A DNA stretch of 64,000 nucleotides. Source: a virus. The DNA lies in IMG/VR virus record IMGVR_UViG_3300046820_001014, positions 24,420 through 88,419 of that record. One strand, written 5' to 3'. A program made the position numbers and the translations under genes. The notes under the pieces were generated by a model. It did not search any database. It was not told where the DNA came from and saw only the letters and a list, made by a program, of their open reading frames with translations. This document shows positions 10,090-20,425 of this stretch, in pieces (positions within the stretch are counted from its first letter, which is position 1; every line of letters begins with the position of its first letter).

Positions 10090-10992
10090 ATGGCTACTTT
10101 AAAAACTCCAAGTTCTGTAAAGTTTTTTCTTAAAAATCCTGCTACAACAGCAGCATTTAAGAATACAACTTTTAGTTCAACATATCCAAATAGTAACTTT
10201 AATAATAGTACTCCTGTTAATCTTGTAACATTAAGTAATGAGAATGAAATAAAGCCACCTACTTTACTTGGCACTGCTTTTTTTGGAGATGATGCTTCTG
10301 CTCTTAATAAAGTTGAAAGTACAACTGCTATTTTTAATACTTGTGCTATTGGTGATTACATTTTATTTAATAATGGTGGAGGTATAGATGATTTGCAAGT
10401 ATTAGGACAAATACTTACAATTGATACTACAGGAGATGATGCTTATGAAAATGTTACTTTAGTTAAAAATTCTCCTTTTGATTCTGGTGCAACTGCTGTT
10501 AATATTTATATTTTATCATTAGCATCAGTTGGAACTCCATTTAAAGTTAGTGAACCTTTTTATATGGTAGTTAAAAATCCAAATATGTCACTTTCCAGAC
10601 ATGATGGTATTTTAAGTATTGAGGCTTTAATAAATGCCCCAAATGTTGATTTGTTTGGATATGGAGGTATTAGAACAATTAATCCAACTTATTTTAAGTT
10701 TAGAAAAATTTCTAAAGTTCATTTAGCTGATGAAGGTTTAGATGATACTGAAATTGCTGCAGAAACTAATATTATGTGTACAGTTACTGGTGTAAGTACT
10801 TTATCTTATCAATTTCAACAACCAGAATTGGATATTCCAGATTCAGCTATTCCTTATTGGTCAGTTTATGAAATAAATCCTTATGGAGATTCTACAACAT
10901 ATATAGATAAAAGTACTATATATAGAATTGAAGTTGATAATTCATTACCATTTAAAGCAATATTAGTTTCAGGAACTACTAGCACAGAATAA
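10090..10992 (+). CDS. Putative structural protein, paralog of 11020..12174
   Basis: Shares GDYI.F, RxISK, PYWxxYxxNPYG and DKxxxYxIE motifs with the next gene. Confidence 0.55.
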   Translation: MATLKTPSSVKFFLKNPATTAAFKNTTFSSTYPNSNFNNSTPVNLVTLSNENEIKPPTLLGTAFFGDDASALNKVESTTAIFNTCAIGDYILFNNGGGIDDLQVLGQILTIDTTGDDAYENVTLVKNSPFDSGATAVNIYILSLASVGTPFKVSEPFYMVVKNPNMSLSRHDGILSIEALINAPNVDLFGYGGIRTINPTYFKFRKISKVHLADEGLDDTEIAAETNIMCTVTGVSTLSYQFQQPELDIPDSAIPYWSVYEINPYGDSTTYIDKSTIYRIEVDNSLPFKAILVSGTTSTE

Positions 10993-11019
10993 ATTCTTAA
11001 AAATTAAAAAATTACAAAT

Positions 11020-12174
11020 ATGTCTTTCTTACAAAATTTTTCTAAAATACTTATATTTAAAAATAGTCCGGAATCAAAATTTTATTTTGATACAGATGGT
11101 ACAACTGGACCAAAGATTTTTAATCAAACTTATCCATTACCTAATATAGCAGATGCTGGAGTACCTTGGCCAGATACTCTTCAACCTAATTTTGTTAGAG
11201 ATAATCTATTACATACAATAGGTGTAGAAGAAAGTCAAGCTTTAGGTTATGATAAATCTCCTACATCATTTGGTCAAGCTTATCTTGATGGTGATGAGAT
11301 AATTCTTAAAAATGATGATGTTGTTGCAACTATAGGAGATTTGCCTACTGCATCAACGCACTCTGGAGAAACTTATGTAGTTACAGCTAATGGTATTAAA
11401 TATCTTTCTGATGGTACAAATTGGATTAATAAAGGAGCTTATGATTTTATTGGTGGACTTAGTTCACCTTTAGTTGCAGGTGATTATATTTTTTATGGTC
11501 CTCCTGATGCTAGTGATCCTAATGATTTATTAATTGCTGGAAAAATAGATACAATTTCTACTACTGCATTTGGTACAGATTCATCTACTTTAAGAATTAC
11601 ACTTGAAAAAAGTTCAGGTGTATCTGATGATCTTGTAGATTTATATTACTATAGAAAATCTTGGAATGGTAAAAATATTCCAGTAGATGTTACTGAAGGT
11701 TTTTATATTCTTATTGGAGTAGAGCAAAATACTAATATAGGTGCAACTTCAAATAGAAGAACAGTATATCCTTGGTTAGATCCATTTGCACCTGCAACTA
11801 ATTCATCAAACAATCAGATTGTTAATACTTCTACTGGAAATAAAACTGCTTTTACAGATTTAATTAGAATTAGAAGAATTTCTAAAAAGTATATTTCTGA
11901 TGAGAATAGGACTACTGATGAGACTATTCCTTGTACTATTAAAAGAACTAATGTATTTGATCCAGGAACTGTAGCAGATTCATATTTTTCTAGTACAGAT
12001 GCTTTTCCATATTGGTGTGCATATTTTGTAAATCCTTATGGAGGTTCTAGTAGTAAATTAGATAAAGGCAGTACTTACATTATTGAAATTAATGAAATGC
12101 TACCTGCAATAAATTCTAGTGATACTGCAAATGATACAGCATTTTATACTTATGTTAAACAAGGAGTAGTTTAA
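11020..12174 (+). CDS. Putative structural protein, paralog of 10090..10992
   Basis: Same shared motifs as the previous gene, with an extra N-proximal insert. Confidence 0.55.
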   Translation: MSFLQNFSKILIFKNSPESKFYFDTDGTTGPKIFNQTYPLPNIADAGVPWPDTLQPNFVRDNLLHTIGVEESQALGYDKSPTSFGQAYLDGDEIILKNDDVVATIGDLPTASTHSGETYVVTANGIKYLSDGTNWINKGAYDFIGGLSSPLVAGDYIFYGPPDASDPNDLLIAGKIDTISTTAFGTDSSTLRITLEKSSGVSDDLVDLYYYRKSWNGKNIPVDVTEGFYILIGVEQNTNIGATSNRRTVYPWLDPFAPATNSSNNQIVNTSTGNKTAFTDLIRIRRISKKYISDENRTTDETIPCTIKRTNVFDPGTVADSYFSSTDAFPYWCAYFVNPYGGSSSKLDKGSTYIIEINEMLPAINSSDTANDTAFYTYVKQGVV

Positions 12175-12187
12175 AAACTAATAACAT

Positions 12188-13150
12188 ATGGCATTTCCCT
12201 TATATCTTTTAACAGAGAGTTCTTATAGCGTATACCTTTTAACTCAGGAATTGCAGAAAAAAGCTGCATACTTCTTTACTCCTGATTATAAAGCTCGTTA
12301 TATTTTTTCTCAAGATTTAAAGTATATAGGAAAATATCTATTTACTCCTAACTTTAATAGTAAGTATATATTTACAAAAGAATTAAGTTTTTTTTCTAAA
12401 TATTTCTTTACTCCTAGTTCTAAATCAAAGTATTTTTTTACAAAAGATTTAGATGCAAATCCTGAAGATAATATTTGTATATATCCTAAAGAATTAGAAA
12501 AATTAAGAAATAAAGCAATTTTATTATATTTTAATGAAGTTATAAAATCTTTAAGAAACTCTATTTATAAAGAAGGTTATGGTAGAGTTTGTGAAGGAGG
12601 TTATAATAGAACAGGAATGTTAAGAATTCTTTTAGATTACTTATCTTCTATATGGCTTGAGAGAGATACTGATAGCCGTTCTGGATTAGCTAGAGTATCT
12701 GATTACTATTATACTAAATATTCAATTAATGATATTATAGTAAACTTTAGAAAATGTGATATTAATATTAAACCAATAATTGCTCTGTTTAACTTAAATT
12801 CGTATAGTATTATAGACAATGATTGGAACAATTATTATTTAATAACTAATATAATTAATCCTCCAACAGAAGAAGTTGTTAAAACATTGAAACAGTTTAC
12901 AGATATATTTACAACAGAATTTATTAATGTTGATGCTAATCAAAGGCAATATCCTATTTCTGATTCTCAATATATATTCCCTGTTACAAAAGGTATAAAA
13001 TATTTAACTTCTTTTTCTATAAATGGAAATGATTATACAGCTTTTACTGATTATAATTTATCTTCTGTAACTTACTCTCAATCAACGTTATTTGGATACA
13101 CAATCACAAGTTCTGATACTGTAACTATAACATACTGGTATGAAGAGTAA
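12188..13150 (+). CDS. Putative structural protein with N-terminal YxFT repeats
   Basis: Three ~22-aa units of the form YFFTP....YIF..DL. Confidence 0.45.
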   Translation: MAFPLYLLTESSYSVYLLTQELQKKAAYFFTPDYKARYIFSQDLKYIGKYLFTPNFNSKYIFTKELSFFSKYFFTPSSKSKYFFTKDLDANPEDNICIYPKELEKLRNKAILLYFNEVIKSLRNSIYKEGYGRVCEGGYNRTGMLRILLDYLSSIWLERDTDSRSGLARVSDYYYTKYSINDIIVNFRKCDINIKPIIALFNLNSYSIIDNDWNNYYLITNIINPPTEEVVKTLKQFTDIFTTEFINVDANQRQYPISDSQYIFPVTKGIKYLTSFSINGNDYTAFTDYNLSSVTYSQSTLFGYTITSSDTVTITYWYEE

Positions 13151-13892
13151 ACAAGCATTTTTTGAAGCATTAACAGCTGGAAGTACAGTAGGAGGAATAA
13201 CTGCAGGAACTAATTTAGAAGATATGAATCTTTATGAAGTATTTGATATGCTCTTAAATCCTTACCAACCACCTGCTTTTACCTCATTTGGTATTACTGG
13301 ACAATCTCAGACTTTAGAAATTGGAGATAGTATTGCTTCTGGAAGTAAATCATTTGCTTGGAGTATTAGTAACTCTTCTAATGTAACTGCTAATACTCTT
13401 AGTATTACAGGAGAACCTGGAACTATAGTAAGTGCTGGAAGTATTACTTCTCCTTATTCTTATACTTTAGTATCTCCAATAACTAAGACTACTGTAGGAA
13501 GTACTAGTACATTTAATATCTCTGCTACTAATACCAATTCTAGTACATTCTCAAGTAGTTTTACAGTTACTTGGAGAGCTTATTTTTATACAGGTAAAAA
13601 TACTTTAACAATTCTTACTGATGATGATGCAGTAGCTCTATCAACATCTTCCTTAGGAGGAGTTCCTACTGGAACTAAGAGTTACTCAGCAGGAGCAGGT
13701 TATATATATTATGTATATCCTTCTAGCTTTGCAAATATTAATACTATGAAAGATGTAGCTACTAACTTAGATGTACCTTATATACAACTTGCTAATATTA
13801 CTATTAGTAATAGTTTTAGTGTTGGTACAACTTATAAAGTATTTAGAACCCTCAATCAACTTAATGGAGCTATAACCTTAATAACTACATAA
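13140..13892 (+). CDS. Tail/tail-fibre-associated protein (Ser/Thr-rich, Ig-like)
   Basis: LLNPYQPP, YIYYVYPSSF and TTYKVFRT motifs resemble Bacteroidota phage tail proteins. Confidence 0.55.
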   Translation: MKSKQAFFEALTAGSTVGGITAGTNLEDMNLYEVFDMLLNPYQPPAFTSFGITGQSQTLEIGDSIASGSKSFAWSISNSSNVTANTLSITGEPGTIVSAGSITSPYSYTLVSPITKTTVGSTSTFNISATNTNSSTFSSSFTVTWRAYFYTGKNTLTILTDDDAVALSTSSLGGVPTGTKSYSAGAGYIYYVYPSSFANINTMKDVATNLDVPYIQLANITISNSFSVGTTYKVFRTLNQLNGAITLITT

Positions 13893-13894
13893 AC

Positions 13895-16888
13895 ATGGCA
13901 ATACAAGGAACAGTACCAGTAGGAGGAAGTTTTGCTCCAACAGATCCAGCAGATAGTTTTGGAACTCACAATGATAAGTGGGGTATTGGTGGTTATAGAA
14001 TAGTTAAGAATCTTGAAGATAGAGCCCTCATTCCTGTTAATGAAAGTGGATTACTAAACTTAGATGATCCTTTAGCTTCTGGTAGAAAGAAATTAGGTAT
14101 GATGGTTTATGTCTCTGATGAGGCTAAATTTTATGTATTAACAATAGATACTGCTACTTGGGATGGTTATACAGAAGAAGAGAAAGTTACTGCACTTGCA
14201 GATGATACTAACTTTGTAGAGTTCTCAGGTGGAGGTGGTAGTGGTATTTTATATGGAACTACTACTTATGATGAAATTGAAACTTATACTGTTACTGTAG
14301 ATGGTATAGTATCTTCTTATGAAACAGGAGATTCTTATTTAATTAAGTTTAATGCTAATAATATTGGCAATACTAAACTAAATATTAACGGTGTTGGAGA
14401 AATAAGAATGTATAAAGATGGTTCAAATACTTTCTTAGAAGCTGATGATATTATTGCTGATAAAATTTATCTTATTACTTATGATGGTGAAAACTTTCAA
14501 TTAGTAACTAGTGGTGGAGGTGGTACTGCAAATACTGGAAATATTAGATTTCAAGGTTCTTGGATTAAGAATGTAAATACAGGTAATATTTTTATTAGTC
14601 CTCAAGATGGAACTACATGGTTAACATTACCTAGTGATACACAAGCTTCTGCAGGATCTTATGTACAATTAGCTTCCTCAGACCCTGATAGTGGAGGAGT
14701 TTATATAAGTACATTTGATACTTCTTGGCACAATTGGGAATTTAGACCTGATGGAACATTACATGCTCCAGGAAGAATAGCATTTGGAGATATAAATTAT
14801 CAGAGTATTGGTATAGGTAATGTTAATGCTCATGGAGGTTCTTATGGGATATCTTTATATTGCTCAATAGGCTATGAGTTAAATTGGCAAGGAGGTTTTC
14901 TTGCTGCTAGAGATCCTAATAGTCCTTATGATTTAAGACCTATATACTTAGACTCTTTACTTAAGTATACAACTCCAGAAGATTACCCTACATTCTATGC
15001 AACATTTGATAATGATACTTTAATTACTCAAGGTTATTTAAATGCACAAGGTTATCTTATCTCTTTTACAGAGAGTGATCCTATTTACACAGATTCTTCT
15101 TGGTATAGTACTACTAACAACGCAGGTAATTGGGATACCGCTTATGGATGGGGCAATCATGCTAGTGCTGGTTATCTTACTGATGCACCTAGTGACACCA
15201 AAACTTATGGTAGAAAAGATGGTGCATGGTCAGAGGTAATTTCTGGAGGAGGTTCTGGAGATATGCTTAAATCTACATATGATGTAGATAATGATGGAAT
15301 TGTAGATAAGGCTGAGAGAATAGAAATTATAGTTAGAAACAGTACAGGTTCTACCTTAACAAAAGGTCAGATTGTATACTTAAGTGGAGCTACTGGTAAT
15401 AGACCTAATGCTCTACTGGCAGATGCTAGTGATGAAGCAACTTCCTCTAAAACTATTGGAATGGTTGTAGCTGATATTTTAAATAATGCTGATGGTAATG
15501 TTGCTGTAAATGGAACTTTACATGATTTAGTTACTAACTCTTTTGCAGCTGGAGATACTCTTTGGTTAAGTACAACTGCAGGAGAAATGGTAGCTAATAC
15601 TCCACCTGCAGAACCTAATCATACAGTATTTATTGGATATGTAGCAAGAGCTCATCCTACTCAAGGAAGAATAGTATTAGCTATTCAAAATGGGTATGAG
15701 TTAAATGAGTTACATGGAGTAGATTTAGTTACTAGTGCTCCTGTAGATGGAGATGTACTTGCTTTTGTAGGAAGCCCTACAAACTTATGGAGAAATATTT
15801 CATCTACTTCCCTCAGTCTAAGTGCTTCTAATCTTAATACTGGTACAGTTCCTCTTGATAGGTTGGGTACTAATTCTCCTACAACTAATACATATTTAGC
15901 ATGGGATAATACTTGGAGAACAGCAACAGCTTCTGGAACTATTGCTTCCGGTACAGCAAGAAGACTTGCTATATACACAAGTACTACAGGATTAGATGAT
16001 ACTTTAGATGCTGGTAATACTGCTATTGTAGTTGCAGCACATGCTACAGGTAGAGTTTATACTATTGATAATGTTGGAGCTGCTGCTTCATTTGTAATGA
16101 CTCAAGGTACTCAAAGTATTGTAGGAACAAAATCATTTACTGGTAGTGCAGGTCCTTTACAATTTACTCAAATAGGAGTTGGTACATTTACTGCTCCTGC
16201 TATTGGAGCAACACCATCTGCTGGAACAAGAATAGTTATAGCTCCTGGAGATGCTTCTAATATAGCTCTCTCATTAGGTTGGACCACTAATTATGAGTAT
16301 TGGATAGCAGGAAGAAATATTATATCTTTTTATCCAAGAAATCAAACTTCATCTGTAGGTGCTTTTGAGTATGTTCTTAGTACAGCAGGTACAACAGGTC
16401 TTACTCTTACTACTGCATATGGTGTTGCCCCAGCATTGAGAACACTTGGTTGGTTACATGTAGCAGGAGCAACTACTGGAGCTGTACCTACTCTTACAAC
16501 TGCAAGAAGTGTTGGTACTAAAATTATTTTAAGAGATTCTTTCCTTGCTTCTACTAATTTAGATGCTGCTATAGGTACAGTTGATGAGCAAGTTGGATCA
16601 AGTTTTGCTACCTTATGGTTTACTGCTCCAAGAGATATTACTTTTTATACAAACAGTGGTACAACAGAAAGATTTAGAATTAATAGTACAGGTTTAAGTT
16701 ACAATACAACAAAGATTTTAGGTTCTAGAATTACAGGTTGGGGAACTCCAGGAGGTACATTAACAAGGGCAACTATAGCAGCAGATAGTGCATTAGCTAC
16801 ACCTACACAAGCTGAATTTAATGCATTAGCTCAAAATGTTAGAGCTTTAATAACAGATTTAAGAACTCATGGATTAATAGGAACATAA
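13895..16888 (+). CDS. Mosaic tail fibre / receptor-binding protein
   Basis: 997 aa, Gly/Thr-rich, with GGGG linkers. Recurrent fibre modules DAPSDTKTYGRKDGAW, GDMLKSTYD, VRNSTGSTLTKGQIVY and a C-terminal PTQAEFNAL...LRTHGLI. Confidence 0.8.
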   Translation: MAIQGTVPVGGSFAPTDPADSFGTHNDKWGIGGYRIVKNLEDRALIPVNESGLLNLDDPLASGRKKLGMMVYVSDEAKFYVLTIDTATWDGYTEEEKVTALADDTNFVEFSGGGGSGILYGTTTYDEIETYTVTVDGIVSSYETGDSYLIKFNANNIGNTKLNINGVGEIRMYKDGSNTFLEADDIIADKIYLITYDGENFQLVTSGGGGTANTGNIRFQGSWIKNVNTGNIFISPQDGTTWLTLPSDTQASAGSYVQLASSDPDSGGVYISTFDTSWHNWEFRPDGTLHAPGRIAFGDINYQSIGIGNVNAHGGSYGISLYCSIGYELNWQGGFLAARDPNSPYDLRPIYLDSLLKYTTPEDYPTFYATFDNDTLITQGYLNAQGYLISFTESDPIYTDSSWYSTTNNAGNWDTAYGWGNHASAGYLTDAPSDTKTYGRKDGAWSEVISGGGSGDMLKSTYDVDNDGIVDKAERIEIIVRNSTGSTLTKGQIVYLSGATGNRPNALLADASDEATSSKTIGMVVADILNNADGNVAVNGTLHDLVTNSFAAGDTLWLSTTAGEMVANTPPAEPNHTVFIGYVARAHPTQGRIVLAIQNGYELNELHGVDLVTSAPVDGDVLAFVGSPTNLWRNISSTSLSLSASNLNTGTVPLDRLGTNSPTTNTYLAWDNTWRTATASGTIASGTARRLAIYTSTTGLDDTLDAGNTAIVVAAHATGRVYTIDNVGAAASFVMTQGTQSIVGTKSFTGSAGPLQFTQIGVGTFTAPAIGATPSAGTRIVIAPGDASNIALSLGWTTNYEYWIAGRNIISFYPRNQTSSVGAFEYVLSTAGTTGLTLTTAYGVAPALRTLGWLHVAGATTGAVPTLTTARSVGTKIILRDSFLASTNLDAAIGTVDEQVGSSFATLWFTAPRDITFYTNSGTTERFRINSTGLSYNTTKILGSRITGWGTPGGTLTRATIAADSALATPTQAEFNALAQNVRALITDLRTHGLIGT

Positions 16889-16892
16889 AATT

Positions 16893-17252
16893 ATGATATA
16901 CAATATAAGTGATGAGCCTACATATGGCTTTAAAAGAAAAGTAGAATTATCTCAAATATATATAGGGTTTCAAGATTTTGTAGATAAATCTGTTAGTCTA
17001 GCTTTTGTGGTAAATTATTATGAAGAGGATGGAACTACCCTTATTACTCTTATTCCTAAAAAACAAGTGATTCTTAGAGCAGATGAAAGTACTTGGGTAA
17101 ATTCAAATGGAACTATTGTACCAGAAGGAGACCCTACTGCAGTAATGACTGAGTATGATTTCTTTATAATGTTAATGAATGTACCTATAGTAATCTCTGA
17201 TATTGTAGAGGCTAAGGTAGCTTGGGCAGATAACTTAGGTAGATTTAATTAG
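16893..17252 (+). CDS. Hypothetical protein, possible tail fibre chaperone
   Basis: Small acidic protein immediately after the fibre gene. Confidence 0.4.
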   Translation: MIYNISDEPTYGFKRKVELSQIYIGFQDFVDKSVSLAFVVNYYEEDGTTLITLIPKKQVILRADESTWVNSNGTIVPEGDPTAVMTEYDFFIMLMNVPIVISDIVEAKVAWADNLGRFN

Positions 17253-17253
17253 T

Positions 17254-17721
17254 ATGAAAGATTGGAGCATTATATTAGTTAAGAATACTAAAGGTAATAT
17301 ACTACAAGTAGTATACTGGTGGCTTATAAGGTTATGTACAGGGGCTAATTATAATCATGCTCAATTAGTTAGAAAACTTAATGGTAGATTATATATCTGT
17401 GAGAGTGAGGTAACTGGTTTTAGAGTAACTAAACCTCTTGAGCAGTGGTACTTAGAACAAGAAACTAAACAAAGAGTTTACTTAGTTATAGATCTACCAA
17501 ACCCATCAATTACTAGATTTAATGAGGTACTTGGTAATAAGTATGATTTAGGTTATTGGATATATCTTACAAAAAGATTCTCAGATATGAAGAGTAGTAA
17601 TTGTTTTCAAAGTATTTCTTATATCTTTGGGCTTGAAAAGTATTGGATAGCAACAGCTAATACTCTATTAGACTCGTATAATAATTTAAATAATATACAA
17701 CATGACAACAAAGACATTTGA
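17254..17721 (+). CDS. Permuted papain-like (NlpC/P60, YiiX-like) amidase candidate
   Basis: His motif NYNHAQL precedes KYD and the Cys motif NCFQSI, which is the permuted order. Confidence 0.5.
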   Translation: MKDWSIILVKNTKGNILQVVYWWLIRLCTGANYNHAQLVRKLNGRLYICESEVTGFRVTKPLEQWYLEQETKQRVYLVIDLPNPSITRFNEVLGNKYDLGYWIYLTKRFSDMKSSNCFQSISYIFGLEKYWIATANTLLDSYNNLNNIQHDNKDI

Positions 17722-18010
17722 TTTGACTAAGGGTGAAGCTTACATCCTGTTTACTGCAGTAATGGGTATTTCTGCTAGAAACAAACAAGAAACTTTTCTA
17801 ACCTATGATCTGAGTGTAAAGTTCCTCTCTATTAAGAAAGCTTTACAACTTACTATGGATGCTTTAGAGGAAGCTAAGGTTACAGTTAATGAAGTATTTT
17901 CTGATGAGACACTTACAGAGTATAGTTTACCTACATTCTCTGAAGATGAATTGAAAGTTTTTATCAAAGGGCCAGATGAGTTGGAAGCATTTGAGAAACT
18001 AGTCAGTTAA
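17702..18010 (+). CDS. Hypothetical protein
   Basis: ORF preceded by CGTATAA at 17675. Confidence 0.6.
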   Translation: MTTKTFDLTKGEAYILFTAVMGISARNKQETFLTYDLSVKFLSIKKALQLTMDALEEAKVTVNEVFSDETLTEYSLPTFSEDELKVFIKGPDELEAFEKLVS

Positions 18011-18026
18011 AAAAAACTCCACGTCT

Positions 18027-18449
18027 ATGCAACTATTCCAAGATAATGATTTAGGACCTCTAGCTATACTAGCAACTACTTTAGTTTCTCTTGGAATAGT
18101 TACTAGTATATTCTTATCTCCTGTTGGACAAAAGGTTTACATTGATAAGAATCTAAATATCTCTAAAGATACTATAGTACAAGAGAGTAGTAGATGGTAT
18201 TATACTTCTGATTCTAGTAATAAAGAGATTAAAATTAGTGTATATAAAGATAAGACAGGTACTCCTTATGAGGAGGTATATATACAACCTGATGATTATG
18301 TAGATTTACATCTAAAAAATGGTGTAAATATTATGCATATAAGAACTTTAGGTAGCTATCCATTCGTATATAAGAGGTATAAAATCCTTCAATATAAAGA
18401 AGAAAAAGTACCCAACTCTTATAAATTAAAACACATAATAGACAAATGA
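18027..18449 (+). CDS. Hypothetical membrane-anchored protein
   Basis: N-terminal TM segment. Confidence 0.55.
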   Translation: MQLFQDNDLGPLAILATTLVSLGIVTSIFLSPVGQKVYIDKNLNISKDTIVQESSRWYYTSDSSNKEIKISVYKDKTGTPYEEVYIQPDDYVDLHLKNGVNIMHIRTLGSYPFVYKRYKILQYKEEKVPNSYKLKHIIDK

Positions 18450-18808
18450 CTGGTTTAGAATCATTAGTATTAATTGGTAAAATAATTACTCCACTTATAG
18501 TACTAGGACTTAGTACAGCTATTAAATTCCTCTGGGATATTAAAATAAACTCTAAACAAGTACAAGAAGAGTTTCATAACTTTAAGATACAATTTACATC
18601 AGAAATCTCTTCTATTAAGAATAAGATTGATGTGCTAGATAGCAAGACAAGAGATTCTTATACCAAGTCTGATAGTGATAACAGATTACTTCTATTAGAG
18701 AATAAGTTGATGAAGGAGATGACAGATCAATTTACCAAGCTTAGAGATTTGATTTATTCTACATTAAATAGAAGTAAACAAACCTCCAAACCTGATAAGG
18801 TTGATTAG
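18446..18808 (+). CDS. Membrane-anchored coiled-coil protein (holin/antiholin-like)
   Basis: N-terminal TM followed by a heptad-rich region. Last gene of the + block; its stop overlaps the thyX stop. Confidence 0.5.
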   Translation: MTGLESLVLIGKIITPLIVLGLSTAIKFLWDIKINSKQVQEEFHNFKIQFTSEISSIKNKIDVLDSKTRDSYTKSDSDNRLLLLENKLMKEMTDQFTKLRDLIYSTLNRSKQTSKPDKVD

Positions 18809-19497
18809 TTATTCCAAGCTTCTAAAGTATATTGAAAAGGGTTCCCCTCAATAAACTTAACTAAGTTTAACATTTCTTGTGCTATCTCTCTAATTTCTAA
18901 TTGAGCATGCTCACTATTCCTAAGTTTTAAGAAGTTAGCAAAGCTTCTCATATTAAATTGCACATCAGCTTGTATTTGAGAGTTATAAGTTTTAAAGTAT
19001 CTAGCAGATTCTTTAGCTCTCTTTCTACCAATAATTGGAGTAAGATCTTCTAATGCTTTATGATATAAAGAATTACCAATTCTAGTATAGTTATCTAGTA
19101 ACTCCATCCAACTAACACTTCCCCAATTAGCATCTACTTGAGTACCAATATAATTCATATTATGATGTTTTTCATCTACAAGAACATCTTTCCAATCTTC
19201 AGGTAAATAATACTTATCTTCCTTCAACTCTTTATACCTAGCACTTTCAGCGTTAATAGAGGCTATTCTATGCTTTAGTAAATGAATATGAGATGCAATA
19301 TCACAATTAACTAAGAAGTGTACAGAACCTTTTTCAAAAGGTGTTTCATGACCATTACTCCACAGTGAGTTAATTAATGCTGGTATTCTAGCTTTCTTAT
19401 CTTCTGTAAGTTCTCTACTAGTACTTGTCCAAGCTGAGCAAGCTATTGTAGTGTCATCCCCGTAGTAACCTAACAAAATTACTGTATTTTTATTCAT
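18805..19497 (-). CDS. thyX: Flavin-dependent thymidylate synthase
   Basis: GHETPFE, HLLKHR..SINAESARY (RHRX7S-type motif) and LKLRNSEHAQLEIRE. Confidence 0.95.
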   Translation of the reverse strand: MNKNTVILLGYYGDDTTIACSAWTSTSRELTEDKKARIPALINSLWSNGHETPFEKGSVHFLVNCDIASHIHLLKHRIASINAESARYKELKEDKYYLPEDWKDVLVDEKHHNMNYIGTQVDANWGSVSWMELLDNYTRIGNSLYHKALEDLTPIIGRKRAKESARYFKTYNSQIQADVQFNMRSFANFLKLRNSEHAQLEIREIAQEMLNLVKFIEGNPFQYTLEAWNN

Positions 19498-20053
19498 TGA
19501 TATAATATTTTTTATTTGTTTTATTAAATTTAATTACACCTAACTCAATAAGTTTAAATGCAATTTCTTGTAATTGGTTGTGTAAATTTTTATGTTCTAT
19601 TTCATTATTATATAATAATAAATTATCTAAATCATTATTTAATTTATTACCATCAATATGGTGAATACCTTCTCCAGAACCTTTAGAATTTCTATTTAAT
19701 TTTCTACCTAAAAATTCTTCCATAATATATACATGTTCTAATTTATAACAAGACCAACCACTAGTATTGCTAGATATATCACCTGTTTGTATATATTTAT
19801 AACCTCTTCCAGAAATGTATTCTCCTTTACCAGTTCTAAATATATGTTTAGGCTTATAAGAATGCTTTAATCCTTTAGCAAAAGAATTTCCAAAATGCTT
19901 TTTAAAACTTTCTCTATTTAAATAGAAAGTTCTTTTTGCTCTTAATTGTATTGCATCCCAAGTTCTGTTTGGTAATAAATCTAAAAGCTCTTCTTTACTT
20001 AAAGTTTCGTAATTTAATTTTAAAATATTATCTTCTATCGTTGTCCATTTCAT
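19490..20053 (-). mobile_element. Free-standing HNH homing endonuclease gene
   Basis: EHVYIMEEFLGR...IHHIDGNKLNNDLDNL...H HNH motif, with an N-terminal Myb/SANT-like KWT..ED...RTWDAI segment. Confidence 0.85.
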
Positions 20054-20090
20054 ATATTTGATTTTTATACAAATATATGAAAATTATGGT

Positions 20091-20153
20091 TCAAATAAAA
20101 GCTATAACCTCATCAGAACCATAATATCCTAATAACTCTACTTTATTTCTCAT
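20091..20153 (-). pseudogene. Orphaned original 5' end of thyX (MRNKVELLGYYGSDEVIAFI*)
   Basis: Aligns with the ThyX N-terminus MNKNTVILLGYYGDDTTIA. Its start overlaps the upstream stop (ATGA). Confidence 0.8.
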
Positions 20154-20425
20154 AATTTAGTTTGATAAACAATTATTGTTTTTTCTACAGGTTCTACTTC
20201 AGTTAAATCAGAATCAATATCATCTTCTTTTAATCCAGCACCTATCCATTGATCATAACCAAAGTTATAGAATTTACCTTCTATACTTTTAATAATTACT
20301 ACATGTGGATTAAAATCTCCATCATCTATATAATCATTAACTAAAGTATCTTGAATTATTTCAAATCCTTCAATTTCTCTTTCATCTATAAATTGTTCTA
20401 TTTGTTCTTTTGTTAATTTTCTCAT
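20150..20425 (-). CDS. Hypothetical protein
   Basis: 91-aa acidic ORF, coupled to its neighbours. Confidence 0.6.
   Translation of the reverse strand: MRKLTKEQIEQFIDEREIEGFEIIQDTLVNDYIDDGDFNPHVVIIKSIEGKFYNFGYDQWIGAGLKEDDIDSDLTEVEPVEKTIIVYQTKL

Noticed and set aside
19490-20153. Group I intron interrupting thyX
   Set aside because: No space for intron core helices around the HNH ORF, and downstream thyX has its own complete N-terminus.
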